Assembly (NCBI GenBank): GCA_028534125.1 | Contig: CM052817.1 | Coordinates: forward strand, 46,254,001 to 46,318,000 | Length of the DNA: 64,000 nt | Reading direction: 5' to 3' | Source of the DNA: Lama glama | Taxonomy: Eukaryota | In this document: positions 40,074-54,100 of the stretch, one piece after another | Layout of the letters: every line of letters starts with the position of its first letter | Numbering within the stretch: the stretch's first letter is position 1 | Notes under the pieces: model-generated | The model's input: the letters and a program-made list of their open reading frames with translations, nothing else | Told to the model about the DNA's origin: nothing | The model's database searches: none | Program-made: the position numbers and the translations under genes

Positions 40074-40181
40074 CTCCCGGCCGTTCGTGTTCTCCGTCGG
40101 TGTGGAGGAGCATGGCAATGGGCATCCCCACATTCTTGGATCTTCCAACCACAACCACGTTTTTCCCAAATGTTTCAATCC
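40074..40181 (-). CDS. MTHFD2L: MTHFD2L coding exon 5 (108 nt): (G)IETFGKNVVVVGRSKNVGMPIAMLLHTDGEHERPG(G)
   Basis: Rossmann-fold GRSxxVGxP motif plus the HTDGEHERPGG loop of the mitochondrial isozymes. Acceptor tgtgttttaag, donor G|gtaggt. Confidence 0.98.
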
Positions 40182-41310
40182 CTTAAAACACAGAGTTTGA
40201 TTTAAATGAAGAATAAGCAACAAGAATGAAATTAAACAACAGTCAGTTGAAACAATCTTCAAAAACTTCTAATTAAATTTGAATTATTGTGTGTCTTGTC
40301 TATAATGTTCCCCCATTCATTCTTTATAAATATTTTTTTTATACGTCTTGGATTTGTCACTTCCCCTCTCATTACATCCTTATTAAAAAACCACAGACAT
40401 TTTCAAGTTGCCATTAAGTTACTTTTAACTGTTAAAATGCACATGAAGAGTTAGAAATGCAGAGAATTAAAATATATGAATTACTGATTATAAAGTAAGC
40501 AAATACAACAATGTCGAGCTTAATTGGCAATCAAACTTTGAGCAAATCTGGGACAAAATGACATGGGGAAAAAAAGTGTTTTTTTCACAAAACTCATGCA
40601 CTTTACTCCATAGGAGAGAACCACTAAAGTTATAGACTTCGAAAGGTCCAAAAGATAAAGCTTACAGATTTAACATCCTTTACCTCTTTAGGGCATAATT
40701 TCTTCTTAAGTAAAACGAAGAAGTTAGAATTAAGGTTTTTCCAAGTACTAACATTCTAAGAGTATGATTCTAGGGTCTGCTTTCCCTTGGAAGTTTTTTC
40801 TCTCACTTAGAAAACGGCAGATTAGAAAGGAGGAAATGCTGCCAGAAATGGAAATGACAGTAACGGAGACTTAAGAACCATCACCTGCCTCTTCGAGGGT
40901 CTGTCGGAGCATTACTATATTTAGACTGCATTTCAAGGGCAAGTGTTTATGATGAAAATCTAGGTCACCAGAGATGGTTCAAAAGTGTTCAGCACATTTT
41001 GTTTTGAAAAGTAAGGAAAAACATAATACATTTTGAAAAATGTACATCAAAATACATTAAATTTAAAGTTTGAAAGTAGGGAGACAAATGTACTGTTTGG
41101 AAAATTCACTCCCTAAAGGATAAAACAGCATTCACTTGTAACCTGGCACATGTTCTTCATTTGTTTTTATTTTATATTATTCTTTGACTTCTATGACTTT
41201 ATATATTTCTATAGACTGAAGTTTTATGGCTTATATTCTTTCACTCTTTCCATCAAGGCGATGCACAAATCCTCAGTTTGGCAGTTAGCACTCATGTTCC
41301 GTAGACCAAC

Positions 41311-41463
41311 CTGTTCTTTTGATTATTTCCCAAACAGCACTAGCAGTGGCAGGTATGAGAGAATGCTGATCAAGGCACAGTCTTCCGATGTTGATAATAT
41401 GAAATCCATCTACATCTTTTTCAGGGGCAATTCCATTGCATACTGTCCGCTCATCCACATGGT
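41311..41463 (-). CDS. MTHFD2L: MTHFD2L coding exon 4 (153 nt): (D)[50 protein letters not shown](G)
   Basis: Contains the PEKDVDGFH family signature. Acceptor ttacgtttcag, donor G|gttggt. PATASAVWE fits MTHFD2L rather than MTHFD2 (PATPWGVWE, from recall). Confidence 0.98.
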
Positions 41464-42660
41464 CTGAAACGTAAGTAAAACTGATGTAATTTTATCATTG
41501 TTATTTATTTGAAAATCTGGAAAATTAAATCTTAGCACCTACAGCCAGAACACTTATGGTTCAGCTTCAGTTAATGTATAAAATCATCCTCTCTCCCCTT
41601 TCTTGCCACCAAAATAGTAAGCCAAAGTGCCCTTGACCAATGGCTGTAATTAACCACTATAAGAGTATATGCAAGTCCAGAACCAGAAATGGCTGGCCCA
41701 GTGAAAGAGAAAAATCTGTGAAATAAAACAATGCCAATGAGATCTGAGAACATCCAGGTGATAAGTTTTTGCCTCAATAAGATTAGGTATTTAAATCTAT
41801 GTTTTTCCTATATATTTCCACAAATAGGTTTCTATTGAATATTTCTAGCATTACAGATTAAAAGGGCTTTGTTAGTGTTAAAAATAGTGATAACTTCAGT
41901 AATGCCTAGCTTCCTCCCAAATGACATAACAAAAAGCAAATAACACACACATACATGTCATTTTCCTGAAGCATCAGTACATTGGAATCCAAAATATCAT
42001 ATGGTTTCCTTTATGAAAGGAAAAGAACATAACATGAGTAATGAACTAATCAAATGAGATGTGAGATTCCAATCATCTCATTTTGAAAAGCAGTGAGTAT
42101 AGAAATATAAAATAAGCTCTTAATACTATTCTGTGCAGAGTAGCTTAGGTTACTGGAAACCCAACAATTAACCCACGTGCCTAAAATATTAAAATAAAGG
42201 TGTGTTTGCTACATAAAAGTTTCTTAATGCATTATTCAATGAACGCCACTTAGACATAATTTTTTAAAAACATTATCAGAGCCCAAGTTCACATTGTTTT
42301 CAAAAGACTATGCCTTATGCCTTAGACCTTTTGCATTCTAAAAGTGCCACTACTGCCATCTCACTTCAGACAGACCCAGTTCACCATCACTAGACCAGCA
42401 AAGTCCTTTACGTACATAAAAGTCATAATATGAATCATATTCAAGTAGAAAGTGGGCCTTTGGAGTATCTCTCCAATGAACAGTTTGTCACTTTTGGTGA
42501 CTGTATTCATTCTATGATGTCCTAGCAGTGGAGGCCTCCACCTGTTTTCTCTGAAGTTATAAGATGATTGTACAGGTTCTAGTAAAACTTTTTCATTTTT
42601 TAGAATTATATATTTAACTTACTATTTGAGGACAAAAACAGTGGTTCCTTTTTTAATCTG

Positions 42661-42708
42661 GAGGAAGAGGAGGATGATGATGATGATGATGATGATGATG
42701 GTGATGAT
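42661..42708. repeat. (GAG)/(GAT)n trinucleotide microsatellite
   Basis: gaggaagaggag followed by about 12 GAT units with one GGT interruption. Confidence 0.95.
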
Positions 42709-44949
42709 TCGTTTTTTAGACACCTACTACTCAGGCAGAAGCTTCATGCCATGGACATTTCTTACAACAACATCAAAAGCTTTGTAAATTAAAAAAGAAA
42801 TAACTGTAATTGAACTCTCCATTATTGAGCTATGGCTTAAATTAGTTTATTTTTAAGTTCAAAATCGGCTAATGTATATCTGAGCCAGCAATAGATGTAT
42901 GGTTGAAAGAATCCAACAAAGGCTCTTTTGTAGATTTTGAGAGCCATCCTCTTACCAAATAAGCCTGAGCTATCTGAATTTCATCATCCACTGGTCTGTG
43001 CTGCTTTATTAACTAGAAATAACATCAAGTTGTAATGAATAATTCATCTCATGCAACAGCTGAAATAGGAAGAAATGGAAGCATCTGAAAATTTGGAGGC
43101 AAGCACTAGAAACTGATAATTACAGACTTGTCCTCTTCTGTACTTCTTAAATTTCAACTCTGATCACCATTTTAGAACAAGTTTATCTTAAGCTAATTAA
43201 GTAATTTTGTTTCAAAGACAGATGTGTGGATATATAAAAGGTGTGATGTAGAGAACACATGAAAATGGATTATTCATGTGCTGAATATTTAATCTAAAAG
43301 GAAAATAACTGATAGTAGTAGGTTAAAAATGTTAAAGATCATGAAAATCAAGAAAACCAATTCATATGTGATTTTTATGTAACTATTATCTCAGCAGTGG
43401 GTTAAATCTCACATATATCATTTGTCAGGAAAGATGTACCTTTTATTATGTAATCTATTATTCTATCTATTTTATAAATTTATCTATTATATTATGTAAG
43501 TGCATAGAGTAATATAAATTAGTATATCTTACATTAATAGTGCTTTATAATGTTTATGTTACCATCATAGATTTCGCCTTTTATTTTCATAGTTTCTGGG
43601 GTAGAAAATGTATCCTCTCCATTTTAAAGATGACACTCCAAGAGTAAGACTCAGCCAATCTCAAACTACTACTAAGAGGAGGGTCCAGATAAAATCCACA
43701 TCTTTCTGCCCCCAAACGTCTGTATTACATAGAAATCATAAATACTAGTCATCTTAAATACCACTCAAACACTAAAATGAGAAAGGGCTCCTATCCCTTC
43801 TAATCAAGACATTTGATTAAGACAATCCTAAAATACCCCAAGGAATGTACTGTTTCTTCTAGGCCTCCAAAGACAACAGCATCCCTAGAGTAACTAACAC
43901 ATGTCTAAACACATGCAAAAAAGCATTAAACATTTCATGCAAATACCACCTTTTGTTGTATGAGTAAGAGAAATAAACATATTTCATGATTTTGACTGAC
44001 TGCTACGGAAAGTCCCCTGATACCTCACTCCTGGGGACCCTGACTTGAAAAGAAAAAACATTCACAAGACTCAACAGCATTAGTTTTTTCAAAAGGCTTA
44101 TAAAACATTTTCGATTCATAGAATATGCTGGCAAACAATTAACCACTTAATATCTTACCCAAATGAATGGGGAACCTGGCATTATTCACTTTGTGTTTTT
44201 TCCCATCTACTTAATATTATGAGAAGTCATTAAATCATGCCAGAAAAAGAGTCATCAAATTAAATTCATAACACTGCAACAGAACAGGTCTGGGAATACC
44301 TTTAGGGACCACACTGTAGAACTCAACACTGAATATTTATTTTTTGTGATTTATTTATTTAATTGCCTTCAGATAAGGAACAACAACAACAACAAAAAAA
44401 AAAACAAACAAAAATTACTGGTTTATTTTCCACCCAAGGATTTTCACATTACTGTTTAAAAGTACCTTCTTCCACTTCCCCAGTGCTTGTTGGATAAGTG
44501 CAAGCTCATTAGCATACTAAGTCATATGTTCCTTACTTTCTTTTGTCCTATACTTTCCTCTCTTCCAGTGCGCCATCTCTTTCCCAACCACCATTATCAC
44601 ACATCGTTAACTCAAGCCACACCAAACTGTGCCCAATTCCCAAACCCTTAGCGTTAATTTTTGCATTTCTGGGTTATTGTTCATGATTATTTTTCCATTA
44701 CCAATTCCTTCCTCCCTGTTCTTTCACATCCTATTTATTCTTTATTATGTTGATCCACTACCACCTGCTCCCTCATCACAAATTGAAATGTTTCTTTTCT
44801 TCTCTGGTCTCCCACAGAACTGCTATCAAAAGTACTTAGCACATTAGTTCAGTTAGTTGATCCTGTTAGTTATTTAAGTATCTCTCTCATTTATGAGCCT
44901 TTTAGGGCACAGATCTTGTCTTATTAAACTGATTCACCCATAGCCTTCT

Positions 44950-47900
44950 CTTGGTTGATAGGAATTCCATCCTTCTGTTTTATAAGCTAGAAAAACCTGG
45001 AGTCATTCTGAAACCTCACTTTCCTTCACAGGCCACATCCAAGCCACTGAAAAATCTGTTGGCTCTTCCTTCATAAACATCTAGCACTTCACCAGTCTTA
45101 TCACGGCCACTGATAACACTGGTTTGAGTGGCCATTATCTCTCCTGTGAATTCTCCAGCCTCCTAAGTAATCCTCTGCTTCTACATTTGCATCCATAGAA
45201 TCTATTCACAAAATAGCAAGGGTTATATTTGAGAAATGCATATCTGATCACACTACTCTTCTCCTTAAAATCCTGCTCTTCTTGCTCTTCCTCAGACCTA
45301 TCAGGCATTTTCCACCTTGATTATTGCTCTTCTGTCAGCCTGGAGGCTTTTCAAAAAAAAACTGCCCCTTTGGCTAAATCCCTCTCATCTTTCCAATCTT
45401 TGCTTAAATTCCACATTCTCTGTAAGGACTATTCTGACCACATTATTTAAAAATGTACGCACCATGTCTGATAATGTTAAAGTTGTTTATATTGGACCAA
45501 ACGTCTCAACAGAAAACAACTGTAAATATTGGGAAAATTATATTAAAACAACCACTGACAACCCTGGAGAGTTACCAGAAGCAGATAGATTTGGAAGAGG
45601 GTGGGCATCTGAATGGAATGTCACTGAAAGAGTTTCTGATTTGGGAAGAATTTGGATAGAATTCTGCAGTTTTACTTGCTTGAGGAATCAAACAACGAAG
45701 TTTGGGGCTACGACAGAAGCTGGAAATCAAAAGAAAATATCCAGCAAAAGCAAAAACTGCAGAAAAGAGACTCAAATTGTTTCTATAAACTCTGTCCAAA
45801 TCTCTGACTGACCTTTGAACAACATACACAAGAGGCAAATTCCAGGAAGCCCATCTAAGACTAACAGAACTAGACAGATTGCAGCTGTGGTTCACCAAGG
45901 GCAAAGCAAAGCTTGAAGTTCTCAATATGATAGGCACTCACACACAAAAATTTACAGCTATTATACTCAATAATGAAATACTGAATCTTTCCCCCAAGAT
46001 CAGAAGAAGGCAAGGGTGCCCACTCCCACCATTTCTATTCAGTGTTTTATTGAAGATCCTCGCTGGTGTAATAAGATAAGGAAAAGAAAAAAGAAACCCA
46101 AAGATCAGGAAAAAAAGAAGTAAAACTCTCTAGCTACAGATTGTTGTTAATGCAGAATATTCTGAAGAATTTACAAAACAATAAAAGAACTAATAAAGTG
46201 AATTTAGCAAGATCACAGAGTACAAAGTCAATATATAAAAAAATCAATTGTATTTCTGTATACAAGCAGCAACTACTAAAAGTGAAATTGTAAAAGTTCT
46301 ATTTACAATAGCTCACAGATCATAAAATGCTTAGGAGTAAATTTTAAAATTTGGGGGATGATACCTATAATGAAAACTACAAAACATTGCTGGCAGATTA
46401 CCTAAATAAATGGAATGTACACCATATTCATGAATTGGAAGACTCAATAATGTTAAGGTATCAATTCTTCCAAATTGATCTATAGACTTAATGTTATCTC
46501 AAAAATAATCCTATGAGGCTTTTTGGCAGAAGCCGACAAACTGATTCTAAAATTTGTATGGCTATGCAAAGGACTTAGAATATCCAAAGAAATCCTGAAA
46601 ATGAACAAAGTTAGAGGACTTAGAATACCTAACTTTAAGACTGGCTACAAAGGTACAGTAATCAAGACAGTGTGGTATTAGTGTAGGGATAGACAAATAG
46701 ATCAGTGAAACAGAAGAGAGAGACCAACTTTAGACTAAAACTTACACAGTTTGATTTTTAACAAAGGTGTCAAAAGCAATTTAATGGGAAAAGGAAAGTC
46801 TTTTCAAGAAATAATACTTGAACAACTTGACAGCCATACAGAAAATAACCAAACTGAGCCACAGTCCCTACTTCAGACTGTGAAGAACATCTGTCACCCC
46901 AAAATGTGTTTCTTTGGCATGAGAATTAATTTTTACCTCCCCCTTAGCTTCCTAAAGAATTTAGATAGAAGACCTGTCCCAGAATAGAGCTGTCACCAGA
47001 TTCTGCAAAGAATATAGGCTAATTGTGTTGGGGGAAACTTTAGACAGAGCCTAGACATGAGAGTCCACTCTGTGACCCATTGTCTCTGCAATGCCCAGCA
47101 AGTATTTGTTTACTAAACATTTGCTTTTGCATCTCCAGGTGAGTTGCCTTCTTCCCCTTTGAAGTCCCAAACCATTACCCCTGACATCCTCTTTTGTCTT
47201 TAGCTGAATATGGCATTCAGGTGAGGGTTTCAGCCATTTTGGTGAGTTACTCAGTTTTCCTGGATCACTCTCATGTATACATGTTATTAAACTTTTGTTT
47301 GATTTTCTTCTGTTAATCTGTCTCATGTCAATTTTATTCTTAGACCAGCCAGAAGAAGAACCTAGAAGGGTAAAGGAAAACTTCTACCTCCTTGATAGTA
47401 CCATACAGAAAAATTAATTGGAAATGGTTTATAAGCCTAAGATAAAACTGAAGAGTTTCTAGGTGAAAACTTTAATTTGTGTGCTAGGTGCAGGCAAAGT
47501 TTTCTTAGAAAGAACACAAAAAGCATAAAAAAAAGAAAGAGAAAAATTGATCAATTAGACTTCAGAAAAATTAAAATTTTATGCTCATGGAAAGACACCA
47601 TTAAGAAAATGAATAGGCAAGCCAAAGATAGGGAGAAGACGTTTGCAAAACACGTATCTGACAAAGAACATGTGTTGAGATACATAAAGAACTACCAAAC
47701 CTCAATCACTAAAAGATAAATAATTCAGTTTTTTTAAATGAGCTTAATACTTAAACAGGCACTTTACAAAGTAAGATATTCAAATGGGCAATATGCTTGT
47801 AAAAAAAAAATCAGAACAGAGAACTTAAGGGTGAGAATGAAAAGTAGCCAGAGGTTGACCGCGAAGGGTCACAAGGAAACTCAGTTGAAAAAAAAATTCT

Positions 47901-48460
47901 GGGTTTTGATAAGAATTTAAGTCAAATGAGAATTTGCATTTTTCAAAACTTATAGAATAGCACACATATGATGTGTGCATTTCAATGCATGTAAATTTCA
48001 CATGGAAACTGTAATGATATGCACACTGACATTTTAGAGGTACATTACTTGTTCTTTTTTAAACGCTTTTAAAATTAGATGGATGATTAGATAAATAATT
48101 GGATAGATGTAACAAAGCAAATATAGCAACATGTTAATTACAGAATCTAAGTTGTGGGCATATGTATGTTCACTATATCATTCTTTTTTCTGAATGTTTG
48201 AAATTTTTCATAATAAAATATTGAGGGGAGAATAAAAATACAACCCATCCCTGAACATCTGATGCTCTTACCATGCTCTGCTTTTTCTTTTTTTTCACAT
48301 AGCATATCAACTTCTAATAAATATACAGTAATTGTTTATTTATTATGTTTATTTTTAATTGTCTGTCTCTCCTACTACTCCACAAGGGCAAAAACTTCTT
48401 TTTTTCAATGATGTACTCCTAGCACAAAGAACAGTGCCTGGAAATTGTTGAATAAATTAT
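44950..48460 (+). mobile_element. Nested complex: L2 split by an old L1 (about 45455-48235), itself split by an LTR
   Basis: L2 phrases on both sides (aaaacctggagtcattc, agaacagtgcctgg...gttgaataaat). L1 ORF2 remnants in the ORF track (RQGCPLPPFLF, KDTIKKMNRQA). Confidence 0.8.
46879..47397 (+). mobile_element. Solo ERV1-class LTR inserted in L1 ORF2, same family as 59692-60234
   Basis: Shares long blocks with the 59692 copy (cccagaatagagct, gttactcagttttcctgg, acatgttattaaacttttgttt). It interrupts the L1 phrase cttc(a)gac|catacagaaaaattaa. TSD is degraded. Confidence 0.85.
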
Positions 48461-49605
48461 TACTATTACTCTTGATTTACAGACTGAGAAACAGACAAAT
48501 GAGTGGACAACTGGAGACAATTAGAATGGTCTTTCTACAACTGACATCCCTCTTTTTCAAATATGACAAAAAACCAAAGATGGCTTTCATTAAAGTCTTG
48601 ATTTGCTGCATCTACAATATTAGATATTTGGTACTTTTTATCCTCCAATATATATTTAAAGTAAAGATTCATGTTTGTTTGTTTGTTTTTCATTTATTTC
48701 TTCCTTCTAGGGCCTGAAAAATCAGAAATCTCAGGCAAAGCTTTACGCTTATACATTAAAGCCCACACTCTGAGTAAGTGTAGATAAGGTCCCTGAAAAT
48801 TCACTCATTTATTCATTCAAGAGATATTTATATATTTATGATATATATTTATTGAGTGTCTACCATATGCCTGGCACTGTTCCAAGGGTTTAGGAAAAAT
48901 AAGCGAACCAAACAGGTAAATCTCCTACCCTCTGGAGCTTACATTCTAAAGAAATAAAGGTCTGCCTTTATTTAGCTGTAGTCTCTCAATTAGTTAATTA
49001 TTTACTAGAAGTAAATGAGAGATATGCTTTTGGAAACTGTTCACTGTTCTCAAACCAATAAATAATATTTAAGTTACACCCTCTGGATTCTACATGAATG
49101 TATTCTGACAGAAAATACTTAGAAGGTGCTTACCACTTGCCTAATATCATTTAAGAATTATTTCATCATCAAGGGGTGAGAGGACAAAAAGGGAATATGA
49201 AGTGACTACTCTCACTGTATCACTCCACCCCCACATCTGAGAAAACAGCAGAGCCTGGAGGTGGAGCGGGAGGTGTCCGCTGGGCCAGAAAGGAGTGGCC
49301 CTGGCCCTCCACATTTCCTTACCTCTTTCTCCTATAAAGCCACAGAAATGACACAGGACATCCCCAGTCAGGCTTGAAGACACCCTGGTTTATTAAGCTG
49401 TTGGTTTCCTAGACTGTATACACAGTGGCTTCTGTCAAATACATTGCACTGCACTCGAAGCAGTGTCTATTCCAGAGGAAAACAGGTAAGTGAGCATGTC
49501 TGATGAGCTGCTTTTATACATAGGGAAGAGATACTGTGTTTTAGGGACTCTGCAAACTTCTCAAGGCCAGTTAGTCGCAAATTGTTTTCTAACTAACCTT
49601 TCCCC

Positions 49606-50071
49606 TGTCGACTGAAATAAATGTGCAGCCTGAAAGTGGAGAGTTATGTTTTATTTGGTGGGAGGACTCGAGCTGGGAGGACAGCCTCTCAGGTCACTCC
49701 GAAGAGTTAGGGGAGGAGCTAGGATATATAGAAGATTTACAACAAAGACCAGGTAGTTGGAACAATAAAAGATTACTTGTTATCTGAAGAAAAACAGGCA
49801 TCTCAAGTTAAAGAATTTAGTACTTTTCTATGTATGGGAAGAGGCAAACATTTGGGCTCATTGAATTCATTCCTTTGACAAGCACCTAGCTATCTAGGGC
49901 CGGTATCCTGTCCTTTCTTATTCTGAGTGCCCTCAGAGTGCACCATTGTGAGTGGCTGCAGAAGCCAGGCTGCAGGCTTGTCTTCACTGGGAGGTGGCGG
50001 CAGCCGCTGATGACTTGATGGTTTCAGCATTCTTTGTTTACTGATATGGTTTGCAGTATTTTTCATTCACA
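49606..50071 (-). mobile_element. Solo ERV LTR (466 bp), relatively young
   Basis: TG...CA ends, exact TSD cccc (49602-49605 and 50072-50075), AATAAA on the minus strand near 49650, several CpGs retained. Confidence 0.88.
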
Positions 50072-51139
50072 CCCCCTAGTGACTATCAGAGAGTCATATA
50101 TAGATTGGACTCTAGGTAAAATTTTTTCAACTGGTAAATGAACAAAGAGAGTCGGAGAGCAATCATATAAATAGATTTCTTGACAAACTTTCTACAAAGA
50201 AATATCCAAATGTTTCAAAGGACTTTTTGATTTTGGTAAATTCTTTAGCAAAGCCAAATGCACTCAAAAATAGGTAACATGGGGAAGGAAAAATAAAAAA
50301 TATGAAAAAGGAAAGAGGTAACTATTGTTGTCCTGAGAAATTCTGGATTTTGAAGATACTTTGAGAAGTAAATTATCTCAAGTTACATGATATAACCTGT
50401 TTATGATAGCAGCTGCTCAAAAAGACGTAAGTCTATAGATCTGAGTGACTGAAATAACTCTTGGGGTGGTTTCCACCTGGGAGTGAACAGGGAGAGACAT
50501 ACGTGCCTACAGAGACCAACCAATCCCACTAATATATAAGTCATAAAAGTGATTTACTAGGCTTCCAGTATAAACCATTAACATTTTGAAAAATCACTGC
50601 TTGCTCTATGCCGCCATCATGTGGTTATCATAAGCCACGTGCAGGAGAACAGTCTTCCATTTTATTCACCCTACATGCAAATTCTTTCGTAAAAATGTTA
50701 ACAATCAGAAATTTTTTTAAGTAGATAAAGGATATCATGGGGCTGGCGTTGTTTCTATGTTAACACTCAAATCATGTCAGAAAGGATTTGGACAAAATAG
50801 TGTTTGGAATCTGGCCATTTTTCTTTGAATAAACGACATAAATTGATTGATTCGTAAGTCATGGCTTATGACACAATCTCAGTACTATTCCAAGCACAAT
50901 ACAATTTAAAATAATTAATTAGTTGTTTTTAATAATAATCTGGGTGCATGCAAATCCACCACCCCAAACAAAAGTTACGGCCTTGACAGTAATCTATATT
51001 TCATATAGATTAATCCTATATTTCACCCACTAACTCATCCCATTTCCTGCTCCAGCCTGGAGTAAACATCCTGTGCCTGCCATTCCCTCAGCTTCCTTTC
51101 CATATTGTTTTATTGCATTTATTTGTATTCCTAATAGAT

Positions 51140-54100
51140 TTGTTTTTTTAAACAACTTCATTTAAGAATATTTGAATAGAACAGACTGCACATATTTAAA
51201 GTGTACAATTTGATAAGCTTAATATATATATATATGAAACCATCACCCCAATCGAGATAATGAACACACACCACCCAGAAAAGTTTCCACATGCCCCTTT
51301 TCCTCATCCCTTCCTGTCCCCTCACCTTCAACCACCTATAAACACTTGCTATGGGCTGAATTGTGTCCCCACTACAAATTCATGTGTTGAAGCCCAACCC
51401 TTAATGTAACGATGTGTAATTAGGTTTACATGAAATCTTCATGGTCGGGCCCCTCATGATGGGATTAGTGCCCTTATAAGAAGAGAAACCAGAGAGCTTG
51501 CTCTTTCTCTGCCATGTGAGAAGGAGAGAGTCATCTGAAAGGCAGGAGAGCTCTCACCAAAACCTGACTCTGCTGGCACCCTGATCTCAGACTTTGAGCA
51601 TTCAGAACTGTGAGAAAATAAAGTTCTGTTATTTAAGGCACCCAGTCTATGATATTTTTTTATGCAGCCCAAGCCGACTAATAACCACTGATTTGCTTCC
51701 TGTCACTATACATTAGTTTGCAGTACATAGACTTTATATAAATAGAACCATAGAGTATGTACTTTCACTTGTCTGGATAATTTCACTCAGCATAACTATT
51801 TTGATATTCACTCATGCTGGAGTGTGCATCAATATTTAATTCCTTTTTATTGCTGAGTAATATTCCACCATATAGATTATACCACATTTATATCTATTCA
51901 CCTGTTGATGAACATTTGAGTTATTTCTAGCTTTTGACCGTTAAAAACAATGCTTCTATGAATATGCATATACAAGTCTTTGTGTTAACACATATATCTT
52001 TTTTTCTTTAGGTAAATACAGAGACATGAAATGGATGGACCGTTGTACATATATATATGTAAATTTTTAAGACACTGCCAATCTTTTTTCAAAGTATACC
52101 ATGTTGCATTCCCACCAACAACACATCCTCATCAATACATGGTAAGGTCAGTTATCTTTCTAATATCAGCCATTCTAATAGGCGTGTAGTAGTATCTTAT
52201 TACAGTTTCCATTTGAATTTCCCTAATGACTACTGATGTTGAGTATCTACTTATGTGCTTATGTATCATTTGTATTTCTTCTTTGGTGAAGTGACTGTTC
52301 ATATCTTTTGACCATTTTCAGTATTTACCCTGTTTGGTGTTCTTTATGATTTGGTGTGTGCCATTAATTTTGGACAGTTTTAGCTACTATTACTTCAAAT
52401 ATTTCTTCTGCCCTGTTCTCTCTTCTCCTGATATTCCAATCATCTGTATGTCACACCGTTTGAAAATGTCCTATAGTTCTTAGATGGTCTTTTCTGCATT
52501 TTTTTCTTTCTTTTTTCTCTCTGCATTGCAATTTGAGAAGTTTCTATTGGCATATTCTCAAGCTTACTCATTATTTCCAGTCTACAACTGAGCTACAACA
52601 AAGCATTCTTCATTGCTGTTAGAGTGTTTTTGATTTCAGCATTTCTTTTTGAATCTTTCTTAGAGTTTCCATCTCTCTGCTTTCATTACCCATATGTTCT
52701 TGCATATTGCCCACTTTTTCCACCAGAGCCTTTAACATGTTAATCACAGTTATTTTAAATTCCCAATAACTCCAAAATCTGTGTCATATGTGAATCTGTT
52801 TCTGATGGGGTTTTTTGTCTCTTTAGACTGCTTTTCTTTGTCTTTTGGCATGCTTTGTGATTTTTCTTTTTGGGGAAGAAGCCACATCTAAGACAATGGC
52901 CCCTATGAGTTTCTCTCATGCTAATACACATTAATCTCCAGAAATTCATCAAAATTACGTTCAAGTATTCCAATCAGTTTATGGCTCCAGAAGCTTCTGT
53001 TACAGGTAAATAGATCTTGGTTGTAACTGGATTTGCCTGTCTCTCCAGATTTTGGGATAGTGGTTTGCCCTGCAACTTCAGTTCTCTGATGGGTCAAGAA
53101 AAGTATTGATTTTCAGTTTGTCCAGCATTTTCTTGTTATAAGGACAAGAGTATTTATGTTGTTCTGGCTAGAGTTGGGCTTTGTTTAATTGGGTTGTTTT
53201 TATTTTCTTGATATTGATTTTTGATAGCTCTTTATATATTCTGCATATATATGTTATCAAATACATGCTTTGCAAATATTTTCTTCTAGTCTTTTTTTTA
53301 GTCTTTTAATATTTTTTGAAAAACAGAAGTTTTGCATTTTGATGAAATCTGATTTATCAAGTTCTTGTTTCATATTCCTATGCAATCCAATTGCAGCAGC
53401 CCTCATTTATTGAAAAGCACATCCTTTCTGCACTAATTTATCTTTCCACCCTTTTCAAAAACCAATTGTTGATATAGGTATAGATCTATTTCTGGATTTT
53501 AAATTTTCTTCCATTGATCTGTTTTCCTATTTATTCCAGTACCACTCTGTCTTGATTACTGTAGCTTTATAATTAGTCTTTGAAAAATTTTAATTGAGGT
53601 ATAACTGACATATAGTTTAGTTTCAGGTGTACAACATAATGATTCATTATTTACATATATTACAAAATAATCACCACAATAAGTTAACATCCCTCCAATA
53701 CACAGTCAAAATTTTTTTCTTATGATGAGGACTTTTAAGGTGTATTCTCTCAACAACTTTCAAATATGCAATACAGTATTATTAACTTTAGTCACCGTAC
53801 TGTATATTACATCCCCATGACTTATTTTATAACTGGAAGTTTGTTGCTTTTGATTTTAAGACATTTGATTAGTCTTAAAATCAGGAAGTATTAACCTTTC
53901 AACACTGTTACTAATTTTCTAAGCTGTTTTAACTATTCTAGGTACTTTGAATTTCCATATGAATTTAGCAATCAGTTTTGTCAACTGCTACAAAAAACAA
54001 TGCTGAGATTTTCATTGAGACTGTCTTGAATCTACAAATTAATTTGAAGATAACTGACATCCTAACACTAGTTAGTCTTTCAATCCATGAATACAATATA

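Noticed and set aside
45317..45811. 164-aa plus-strand ORF
   Set aside because: It spans an L2/old L1 junction, starts at TTG and has no recognisable domain. It is a chance open frame.
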